From positions 23,870,001-23,934,000 of the forward strand of contig NC_043010.1 in NCBI RefSeq assembly GCF_006345805.1: a DNA stretch of 64,000 bases. Direction: 5' to 3'. Positions 53,279 to 64,000 of the stretch are shown here, in pieces (within the stretch, counting starts at the first letter, position 1; each line of letters opens with the position of its first letter). The position numbers were made by a program, and so were the translations under genes. A model generated the notes under the pieces. It saw only the letters and a list, made by a program, of their open reading frames with translations, made no database searches and had not been told where the DNA came from. Origin of the DNA: Octopus sinensis (taxonomy: Eukaryota).

Positions 53279-54123
53279 GATTTCAAATTTAGGGAAAAGG
53301 CCTGCAGTTTAAGGTGAGGAGGATAAGTCGATCACATTGACATCAGTCTTCAACTGGTACTTGTTTTATCGACCCTGAAAGGATGAAAGGTAAAGCCGAC
53401 CTCGACAGCATTTGAACTCACAACGCAAAGACGGGCGAAATGCTAAGCATCAGGCCCGGCGTGCTAACGATTCTGCCAACTCACCGCCTTCGTTAAGCTT
53501 AATATTATTTTCTACACTAGGCACAAGACCCGAAATTTACTGGGAGGGAGCCAGTCAGTTAGAGCCTCCCCAGCACGCAACTGGTACATAATTTATCGAC
53601 CCCGAAATTATGAAAGGCAAAGTCGACCTCGGCAGAATTTGAACTCAGAACGTAAGGACAGACGAAATACCGCTAAGCATTTCGCCCGGCGTGCTAACGT
53701 TTCTTATTTCTTTACTGCCCACAAGAGGCTACACACAGAGAGAACAAACAATGACAGATAAAGAGATTAAGTCGATTATATCGACCCCAGTGCGTAACTG
53801 GTACTTATTTAATCGACCTTGAAAGGATGAAAGGCATAGTCGACCTCGGTGGAATTTGAACTCAAAACGTAGCGGCAGACGAAATACCTATTTCTTTACT
53901 ACCCACAAGTGGCTAAACACAGAGGGGGCAAACAAGGACAGACAAACGGATTAAGTCGATTACATCCACCCCAGTGCGTAATTGGTACTTAATTTATCGA
54001 CCCCGAAAGGATGAAAGGCAAAGTCGACCTCGGCGGAATTTGAACTCAGAACGCAATGACAGACGAAATACTGCTAAGCATTTCGCCCGGCGTGCTAACG
54101 CTTCTCCCAGCTTGCCGCCTTTG
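53279..54123 (-). mobile_element. Two adjacent family A SINEs (monomer 53279-53492, multimer 53507-54123) delimited by three copies of a 14-bp TSD
   Basis: TTAAGCTTAATATT at 53265, 53493 and 54124. Confidence 0.85.
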
Positions 54124-54577
54124 TTAAGCTTAATATTAAAAGTGTTCCGGCAAGGATCAACCCATACTCTTTATTTATTTATTTTATTTATTTATTTATT
54201 TATTTATTCGTCAGACGTAAGATACTTACGGCAGTGATGGCTTGACCATGACACTTGTATTAACAACTGACTAATCACGTGTATCTTGGGCAACATGCAA
54301 CACATGATGGGTTTTAGAAACAAAACAAAAAAGAAAAACCTCTCTACTGTATCATTTCATAAAAAAGCTTTTCGATATGTAAATGAGATTTACAAATAAC
54401 ATGAGTAGTAAAGAAATTTAAAATTTCTTCACGACGGGCGACACTGGTTCGCCATTATCAAAGTAAAATTCCCATTTTAAGATGACAGGATAGGAGTTTG
54501 CAGGAATTCGATTCCCAAATCTACCTCTCATCATCTTGCTTATGTAGTAATTATAAATCGAACAGTATTATATGTCA

Positions 54578-55158
54578 CTAGCAGCTAAGCCCGGTTTCAC
54601 TCGGTCAATTTGGATGACGTGGCTGTAAAACCTGCTCTGTGTAAGCATTCGACTTGTTTGGGTACGGTTACGTTAAAAACCAATTTTAGAATGACTTTTT
54701 TCTTTCAAAACGCTAAAAATAACTGACCAACGAAAAATAACAACGAAGATTCAACATAATCAAAAATAAACCAAAATACTAAGCAAAGATGAACCATCAC
54801 GCTTCCATTGCGCGCACACGCACACATTCACATTCCCCTTTTTACATACAAACACGTATATTCACACAGTTGAATTTACTTTTTCAGCGTACAATTTTCA
54901 TCATCCCACTACTAAGTATGACATCACCCCTTCCTTCATTATTCATCTATCACCCCTTCCTTTCTCATTCATATACACAAGAGTATTATAATACTAAATT
55001 ATCTCGGTAACCATGGGAGCTATGAGAAAATACAAAGCCCAGCATCACCACCGGATCATTCTACACATTTGTGCAATTTTTCGCGCAATTCCACCCAGCC
55101 GTTTGACCGTGAATCCCAAACAAGAAAGACTCGCCCATGTCAAATTTATATGTATAGA
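54578..55158 (-). mobile_element. Non-autonomous Helitron
   Basis: Minus strand: A|TCTATACATATAAATTTG... to ...CCGAGTGAAACCGGGCTTAGCTGCTAG|T (5'-TC, 3'-CTAG, subterminal hairpin, AT target, no TSD). Confidence 0.7.
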
Positions 55159-55597
55159 TAAACTGTTGGCTATCTAACCCCACGACAATAAATGAGATCT
55201 AGCCACGGCTGGAACGCTTATCGCACACCAAAGTTAAACAAGACTTATACTATGATGTTTGGTTCATTTTTAATCTGACGTCATCAACTCATTTGTAAGA
55301 TTGGCTACTTCCGTTCCGTAAGTAAACTGAAGTAAAGCTAACTTAAGCCTCTGCATTTAATAACAGTTTCTAACTTAGGTACAAGGGCAAGAGATTTTGA
55401 AAGAAAGAATACGTCAAAAAGGACTAAGTCCTCGGTACTCGGCTGCTAGCATATTTTATCGGCTCGGAAGGTTAAAAGCAAAGTTTACCTCCTCGTTATT
55501 TGAACTCCCCACGTGAAGAACCGAAAGAAATATCGAAATATATTTCTTCCAATATTCAAGTGATTCTGCCAGTCGGCCGCTTTGGTGCTGTACTTAC

Positions 55598-55726
55598 TAA
55601 CAAGAGAACGGTGATTTGATTCGATGAAGCAGTTCTATACGAAATGTAAATTTTTTTCCAGTTATTTTGCAGATTATCAATATCTGTACAGATTCTTTCT
55701 GACAGCAACATGTAAACTGGCTTGAA
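55598..55726 (-). other. Candidate 129-nt spliced exon of an unidentified gene
   Basis: Long polypyrimidine tract + TTTTGCAG acceptor; GTAAGT donor; length divisible by 3; two open frames; no recognisable domain. Confidence 0.25.
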
Positions 55727-56789
55727 CTGCAAAAGAACCGATGGAATTTTAGAGAAGGAAGAAATAATAGAAAAGAAGGAAATCAGGCGCATGTGATAAA
55801 TGAGAGATAAGAAGAACAAAAGAGGAGCGAATGGAAGAAGCGTGAAAAATATAGAGCTAGAGAAAGAGAGAGAGGGGAGAGGGGATAAGGAAAGAGGGAG
55901 AAAGAGAATGAGCTGGAGAGATCAAGTGAAATTAAATTAAGAAAATATAGATCAGAGAGAAAAATAAGAAGGTGCAATTTAGTGCAGAAAAGAGAATGAG
56001 GGAGATGAAAGTAGAAGTAAAGATGTGAAAGAAAGATTAAAGGCAAGTGAGGTGTTAATGGAAGTAATGTAAGTGTTGAAGAACGATGAGAGAGTGCCAT
56101 AAGAACAAATAAATAAATAAATAAATAAAAATGGTGAGGTTTTGGAATCATAACCTTTGTTCATCTATATTTAAGAAATAAGTTAGTCGAAATGGCTGAC
56201 ACCTCATACTTGTAAAGATTATGCTGATCTTTATTTATTTTTTCCATATTACTGCATTAAGAAATCTATTTTGGCCTACGACTTTGAAGATTCTAATAGG
56301 AACTGAATAGCTGCTATTCTTTGATATGCGGCACCAGAGATTCCAAATGCCCAATATTTTGGAATGTTTGACAGTGATAATGATACTTATCGATTCGGTG
56401 TATGCAGTTGAAACTGCATTTAATTAAAATAATCATCTTTGTTTCTTACTTATTGTATATATACCGTTGAGAGGTATGACGCTGTGGATTTTCTGTCTGA
56501 AAGAAAACCTATGCCCAGGCTGTGTCGTGAACACAATTTATATGGAATCGAGACAAACACCGTCCCGGTAATCACCGACAGCAACGCCAGAAACGTTGCA
56601 GCCTCTCCAAGGTTTGTCAGTGACGTTTACTCAGCAATCAAATACCTAGAAGAGATTTCCCAACTCCAGTTTATAGAAAAGAGGAACAATACATTCACTG
56701 ATATTGCGATTAGCTGCCGGGCAGAATAAAATTTCAGTATACGTAATTGAAACAGCACTGTGTCATGCATAGGAGGAGGAGACATCCTT

Positions 56790-57112
56790 CAGTTATGAAT
56801 GATCATGGGATTGCATCTAGAAAGTTACCCTCCAAGGCACAAGTCCGGGCAAGATTGTTTGTGGAAGGCCAGTAGTTGCCCAGGCATACCAGCCCCCATT
56901 CTCCACACCAGTGATGTTATCCAAGGGAAAGGCAAAGGTCGATACAGCTTGGCACCAGTGATGTCGCAACTTATTTCTACAGATAAGTTAACTGGAGCAA
57001 CGTGAAATAAAGTGTCTTGCTTAAGAACACAACATGCAGCTCGGTCCGGGCATCGAACTCACCACCTCACGATCGTAAACTCGACGCTCTAACCACTGAG
57101 CCATGCGCCTTC
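56790..57112 (-). mobile_element. Full-length SINE family C
   Basis: Head GAAGGCGCATGGCTCAGTGGTTAGAGCG...GAGTTCGATGCC on the minus strand. Confidence 0.8.
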
Positions 57113-58361
57113 ACATCATCATACATAGACGGCTATTTTATTTAACAATTAATAAATATTTAGAAGTCTTCGTGGGCAATAATTTACTTTTAACCAAAGA
57201 TACTTAAAACTTACAGATACTTGTTGTGTGAGAACTATTAAACTTGACGAAAATAGTTTTATAGATTTAGATATCTGTGTTAAAATCCTGACTGAACCAG
57301 CTTCTTTGCAAATTCTTTGTGATGTTGAGCTTTTTAGAAATTAATGTTCAGCTTTTTAGAGAATAGTTCTATGTAATATTCGCATGCGTCGGAGCACCCA
57401 CATGGTCTTGCGGTTGGGAATTTCGTTTTGTAACCACATGTCCATAGGTTTGAGCCCACATTGCTTAAATGCCATTTAACAGATAACTTCAAGTAGTTCA
57501 GCCCTATATTTCATCAGATTACATGCCTAATTAAAAAGTTTGATTATCAGGAAGGAACAATTTGTTTCTCTCAATTCACCCTCGTCAGCAATATGCCGCT
57601 TAGCTAAACCTTCAGATCACTTAACAGCCGTTTAGGTAAATATAAAAAAAAGAAATAGAGTCACACTAGTTCTTTGCAATATTCATTTCAAATGCATTAT
57701 TACTACTACATTATCACAACTACCAAAACATGATATTTCGATATACATTCATCGCATTCCGCTAACAGTTGATATTGTGGTTGTTTATAGCCATCAAAAC
57801 ATTGAAGGAATTAGACATATGATGAAGATCTTTCCGGCCTCAATTATTTCAGGTTTAACCAACTCTATATTATCGAAAGTGACACCAGTATATGATCTGA
57901 GTTAGTTTTTGGCTACTGATTCTAGCATAACGACCAGCAACGTAGACACACGCGTTCATTTGATTGAATCCAACGCCGAGTAAACAAGGTCGTTTATTTC
58001 ATATAAGCACAATCGTAACCAAAGAATATAAAGGAATTAAAAAATAAGTAATCTGCTTTCACTATCTACCGTTTCCGATTTCTGTAGTCTTAATGTTATA
58101 TTTCTTGTCTCGTTTGCTCTATTATGTGCTACGCTCATTGGCTCACGGCCATGATGTACATAACCTATTAGGGTGCGTCGAACAAATCCATCCTACAACT
58201 ACTTTTGAGTCTGGTACACATTCTCACGGATATTTATATTTATTGTCGTCAAGTGGTGAGGGGATAGAAACAAAAAGACAAACGGATACATACATATTTG
58301 CATGCACGCATACGCCACTCACACAGACACACACACACGTATATGTGTGTGTGTATATAGA

Positions 58362-58404
<43 letters not shown>

Positions 58405-58406
<2 letters not shown>

Positions 58407-59235
58407 TCCCTCTCTCCCCTTCTCTCTCCCCCTCTCCCTCTTTCCTCCTTCATCCCCCTCCTCCCCTTCCTTCTCCCCCATCCTCTCCTCTTCCCCCTTC
58501 TCCTCCCCCTCTTCTTCCCCTCCCCTTCTCTCCGCCCTCTTCTCCCCCTCCCCCTCTTCTCCTCACTACACCACATGACTTTACACATCACATCACATAT
58601 GATGTGCCATACTAATACACACACCAACTAATACATACTAATACGTACTAATACATACTAGTACATACTAATACTTACACCAACCCTATACATACACACG
58701 TCCAGACCCCGCATACGCACTTATACTCTCTCACACACACACACACACACCTATACATACCAATACGTACTAATACATACTAATACATACACCAACCCCA
58801 TACATACGCACGTCCAGACCAATCCTACGCACTAATACTCTCTCATACACACACACACACACACACACACACCCTTATACATACTAATACATACACCAAC
58901 CCTATACATACACACATCCAGACCCCTCCCACGCACTATTAGCTGGTCCCTCAACCCTATTACCTCCCCTTATTTCGCTCTCGCGTCTCATGTTTGATCT
59001 TTGACCTCTGGCCGAAATCAGATCGCCATGTTGATTCGTTAGCTACTGCACGCATTTTTTTTCTCTCCTTCTTTCTGTGTTTTTCTCTCTCTGTGTATCT
59101 TTCTGTTGAAGAGCGTAGGCTCGAAACGTTAAAGACTTGTTTTATTTATATTTCCTGAGCGCCATACTAATACAATTGTTCGTTTGTTTTCCACCTGCCT
59201 TCGTCTTTTGTTTATTTTCATAAAGCTTCCCGTTA
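58405..59235 (+). mobile_element. 3' region + pLTR of the Poseidon-type PLE family, in (TA)n, with HHR at 59098-59135
   Basis: C-rich tract and tail similar to 11030-11825; TCTTT-CTGTTGA-AGAGC-GTAG-GCTC-GAAA-CG-TT-AAAGA. Confidence 0.7.
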
Positions 59236-59240
59236 TATAT

Positions 59241-59282
<42 letters not shown>

Positions 59283-59333
59283 ATGTATATATTCATATAT
59301 GCATGTATATACACATTATATCTATCTATATAT

Positions 59334-59442
<109 letters not shown>

Positions 59443-59630
59443 AAATAAGTTTAAATTTAAATTACTGCGGTGATATTTTAACCATATCTCACATGGAATT
59501 AAACGGCGAGCATTTTGAACTGGCCATGATGCATACGTGCATATATATATATGTTTGTATACGTTCGTATATGTAAGTATTCGTATGTTGTATTTATATA
59601 TATATGTATTTATGTTTCTTTTCTGTGTGT

Positions 59631-59689
59631 ATTCTACTGATGAGGCAAAGCATTCCTAAATGCAAAGTCAGAAATCCGGGATCTAGAAT
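59631..59689 (+). ncRNA. Type I hammerhead ribozyme (family 6)
   Basis: ATTCTA-CTGATGA-GGC..GCATT-CCTA-AATGC..GTCA-GAAA-TCCGGGA-TC-TAGAAT; 6-bp helix I. Confidence 0.65.
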
Positions 59690-59840
59690 TATCCAGTAAT
59701 TTTCTTACTAGTTTCATCTCGACAGTTTGTTTTCTCTCCGTGTTGCGATGTGGACAATTAAGGTGGTTTTGGAGTCAGATCATGGCTGCTATTTTCAGCA
59801 TGGTGGTATCTCATAGATACCCTAATTTATAATTTTAATA

Positions 59841-59886
<46 letters not shown>

Positions 59887-60593
59887 TATATGGCACATCG
59901 TACATACGTGTGTGCGTGTGTGTGTGTGGTGTGTGTGTGCGTGTGTGTGTGCGTGCGTAAATATATATAAAGATAAAAATTGCGCTTTTACCGGGGACCT
60001 GTATTCGTACTGATGTAAGATTTCAAAGCTGTTAAGCATTATTACGTGAAGCAAGCTAGAATCCCGCAAGACACATGGAACAACCACCAAAACAAGACAT
60101 GTTAATACTGGTAATGAATTCCGAGATGAGCTGTTATGTTAGTGTGTTGCTTATTAAATTTAGCGCAAGAAATAGTTATATCATAGCGGACATTTCTGTA
60201 ATTTATTGAAGATTCGTTATTGCAACGGACATTTAACGGTCTTAATTCTATTGATGTCGGAAGCACACTCAATTATACTGTCAGTTTGACATTTTAGTAA
60301 GATGCATTTCCATTCAGCTTAGATGGATAACTATAATCGGTTTTTATACAGCAAAATCTCTCATTAATGATTAGAAACTTACCATTGATTACAGAAGCAA
60401 ATGTTCTCATGCATTAAAGTTTTTACTAAGAATTGCATTTAAAACAACGAAGGGAAGCCTGGCTGCAGATTGATTAAAAATATTGATCCGAATGGTTATG
60501 TAATATCGAGCTCCGCCCTTTGTCTTTCAAGGTGGTAATGAAAAAATGAAAAGCTATAAAGTTGTTGCTTTTGTCATGTGTATCTTAGACTAT

Positions 60594-60895
60594 GGTGAAG
60601 GCGTGGGACCTAGTAGTTTGTGTATTGGACTAAGGATCGCTCCATCATGGGTTCGATTTCCGGACAGGGTGATGTGTTGTGTTTTTGGGCTAAACACTTC
60701 ATTTCACCTTGTCCCAGCCGACTCCGCTGTAAATGGGTCACACTCTCACGGACTACAACCTTATGCTCAGCGGAGAATGTCGGTCTGGTCGCCTAGCCAT
60801 CAGGATGGTATTATTTAGTAGCTAAAACGATACGAAGTGCATTGTTACAAGCCTTGTGTAACAACATCCTGTAGTCTTCACGGTTCGGTGATATT
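60594..60895 (+). mobile_element. Diverged family C-like SINE
   Basis: GGTTCGATTTCC B box and AAACACTTCATTTCAC body. Confidence 0.55.
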
Positions 60896-60901
60896 AGACT
60901 A

Positions 60902-60978
<77 letters not shown>

Positions 60979-61728
60979 ATTTTCTAAAATTGATACAAAA
61001 ATGACCTTGAAGATCACACACACACACGTATGTATACGTAAGTGCGAATGTGTGTACACACTGACCAATTTCAGCTCTTTTAGTTTTAAGTCATTTTTTT
61101 TTACGTTTTGTCTGTTGTTTTCTTTGCTTTCTAAATAACAGTCTATTGATGGCGATTCGTTTGAATTCTTATCAAATATTTCCTACGAGAAACAATGGGA
61201 AATAGTGTCAATTCACCATGATTTCGTTTCTGGTTCAATCATACAAAGGGGAATATCCCAGAGAAGACTAAATATGCTGAACAAATGAGCATGAGTTTTA
61301 TATTAACTGATGGAGGCCCTTCAAAACGCACATGCTGGTACGTTTACTCTACACCCGAACATAAATTGCCACTCAGTGCAATTTCCATCATACGTATAAT
61401 ATAATATTATGGGTGTGTAGGCTACAATCTCTTTGCTGCATGGATAAATTTCGTATGGCGGGCGAATAAATTGTAGAATGATTTATAAGGAGTTCATTCC
61501 ATGTTAACTTCTGTCATTTCCAGGGGTGGTGTCAACGAACATGACACTCTGGTATTTATGGCTATCATACCAAATATATATACCGAAATAAGATTAAGAT
61601 TAATGTAAAAAAATAAATAACACTGAAGCAAAGTAACACCAAATACATAGTGCATGTGTTTTTATTGGCTAAACTGGCAAAATGACCATTCCGAAATATA
61701 ATAATAATAATAATATATATATATATAT

Positions 61729-61782
<54 letters not shown>

Positions 61783-61915
61783 GTGTGTGTGTGTGTATGT
61801 ACGTATGTATATATAATGTAAGGGTAAATAATTATCAATTTTAAAATCAACAATTATTTCCGGGTAGATACGGTATGGAAATATCACTATTATCGGTAGG
61901 AACTTTTTCAAAAAG

Positions 61916-61970
<55 letters not shown>

Positions 61971-61971
<1 letters not shown>

Positions 61972-62493
61972 GACAAGCAACAGGTTATTTGGCCACATAC
62001 CGAAAAAGTTAAAAATAGCAGTCAAAGACCGATTATTTCGATTTTCTACAAATATAACTCCACATATAACTTGTACATGTAACTCACATATGTAAAACAG
62101 AAGGAAAATAACGAAAACAAAGTCTTCGGTCAGTTACGGACGCGTTTCTGGGTTAGAATTATAAATAAATTCATTCCCGTCCTCAGCGTAACGTTCCATT
62201 AGATAGATTTGGAATTGTTATTTACACACCTCTTGCTTCCCGACCTCGCGCCATCGGAGATAGCAGGAGATAGTCAACACAGGCGAAATACATATAGACG
62301 AATGGATTCGTATTTTCCCTCCAAATGAATTCGTATTTTCCCTTTGTTTTCGTTATTTTTATTTCTGTTTTACATATATGAGTTACATGTATGTGTTATA
62401 TGTGGAGTTATATTTGTAGAAAATAGAAATAAGCGGTCTTTGACTGCTATTTCTAATTTTTCGATATGTTGCTAAGCAACCTGTTGCTTGCCC
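61971..62493. mobile_element. Fold-back pLTR-like cassette: ~152-bp inverted arms (61971-62122 / 62342-62493) around an HHR-containing core
   Basis: Arms roughly 85-90% identical by eye; abuts (TA)n. Confidence 0.85.
62133..62192 (-). ncRNA. Type I hammerhead ribozyme with intact core (family 7)
   Basis: GTTACG-CTGAGGA-C-GGG..GAATT-TATTTAT-AATTC..CCC-A-GAAA-CGCG-TC-CGTAAC; palindromic ACGCGT. Confidence 0.85.
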
Positions 62494-63084
62494 TTTTTAT
62501 TTATTTGCATATATATATATATATATATACTATATAATGTATATGATTCATATATATTAAATATGTATATATATGTGTGTACGTGTGCATGTATGCATAT
62601 ATAGTGTATATATATATATATACACATATATATATATGTGTTTGTATTCTAGTGCACTATTGGATCAATCAAAATATTTTATTCTTTATATATATATGTT
62701 TTGAGACTTATTTGCACATAGAATGAAGTCTATGTGCTATCTCTCAGCAAATAGACGTTTAAATTCGTTGATCAAAAACCGACGTAGGTGTTCGCCGCAG
62801 TTTGTCCCTACAATCATAACATTCCAGTATTAAGCCGAACTTTTACACACACACGCGTGCGCGCACGTATGTATACTGTAAATGCGAATGTGTGTACACA
62901 CTGGCCAATTTTAGCTCTCTTAGTTTTAAGTCATTTTTGTTTTACGTTTTGTCTGTTGTTTTCTTTGCTTTCTAAATAACAGTTTATTGGTGGCTATTTG
63001 TTTGAATTCTTTATCAAATATTTCCTACGAGAAACAATGAGAAATAGTGTCAATTCACCATGATTTCGTTTCTGGTTCAATCCT

Positions 63085-63600
63085 ACACGAGACAGCCGAA
63101 ATCTATGAAAAGTCTCTTAACACAAGCCCGAATACGCTCAACAACACAGAAGCCGTCAGTAAAAATATGTGGAAGACCCTATTGTGGGATATGCGATTAT
63201 CTAATTGAGGGGTCAGAGTTCTCCTTCAAACAGGGACAACAACGTTTCACAGTGAAAAGCACTTCACATGTGTTTCGGAGAACCTGATATACACACCAAC
63301 CTGCTCTGGCTGTCAAGAGCAATACATAGGCCAAACTAAAAATAGTCTAAGTAAAAGAATGGCTCTGCACAGATGCCAGGTTAAAATTCCCCAAAACAGA
63401 AAAATAGCATTCAGCCAACACATCAATATTTGTTCCAACAACAAAAATCCAAGCTTCAGAATTTTTCCCCTCTACTAATTCAGGGACGATACAACCTGGA
63501 GCCAGCGAATTAGTAAAGAAACTCTCTTTATTACAAAATACAGGGCCCTTCTGAACGCGTCTACGACAAACGATATATCCACCTCGGCCTTAGAATAGCA
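63085..63600 (+). mobile_element. PLE GIY-YIG fragment related to 4890-5351
   Basis: CGRPYCGICDYLIEGSEFSFKQG and NLIY..TCSGCQEQYIGQT...RMALHR. Confidence 0.8.
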
Positions 63601-64000
63601 CAAATATACACGCAAATGTTAAAAATGATACACTCGAGAGATTCCCAAGAATTCATTAAAAAACAGTGCCAATCACTGCTATAATCCATTAGGTGCCAAT
63701 TTTAAGTCATTTAACACCTTACTACTTTCTACATTCATTCTTACTCTTTCTTCTTCTTCTTCTTCTTCTTCTTTTCCTTCTTCTTCTTCTTCTTCTTATC
63801 CTTCTTCTTCTTCTTCTTTTTCTTCTTCTCCCTTCTCCTTCCTAACTTTATCACTAATGCTCTTTAGAATAACACCTACACAAATTCTGTAAACAAAACA
63901 GTCTAAAGAAATATTTTCATGAATTGAACAGGGACTGCTACCAACCACTGACCATTCAAAATACTACTATCATGGCACTCCCAAATTATTATTATTCTCC

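Larger units (their letters stand above)
61025..63082 (+). repeat. About 216-bp direct repeat (61025-61240 and 62864-63082)
   Basis: Highly similar non-low-complexity sequence about 1.84 kb apart. Confidence 0.85.

Noticed and set aside
56439-56729. 96-aa ORF in apparently unique sequence
   Set aside because: No recognisable domain; splice signals are ambiguous on both strands.

Overview
Eukaryotic, AT-rich, microsatellite-saturated DNA. It most resembles an octopus (cephalopod) intron or intergenic region; this is inferred from the tRNA-SINE families and (TA)n density and is not proven. No host gene is recognisable apart from one weak exon candidate. The window is a layered set of mobile elements: a full-length L1/Tx1-clade LINE (14379-19717, -, 14-bp TSD), a full-length RTE LINE (44592-48558, -, 15-bp TSD), three lineages of Penelope-like elements (PLEs, RT + GIY-YIG), R4/Dong-type RLE-LINE ends in (TAA)n, a mariner relic, a pogo/Tigger-like MITE, a non-autonomous Helitron and many tRNA-derived SINEs. 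The main result is about 13 type I hammerhead ribozyme (HHR) motifs in about 7 sequence families. Their consensus helix III is self-complementary (dimer-type), and several sit in fold-back cassettes inside (TA)n. The Tx1 LINE is inserted 5 nt from one HHR, inside a 352-bp tandem HHR repeat (retrozyme/pLTR-like), and carries target-identical sequence at its own 3' end. This raises the possibility of a Tx1 family that targets a ribozyme repeat. All alignments and folds were done by eye.
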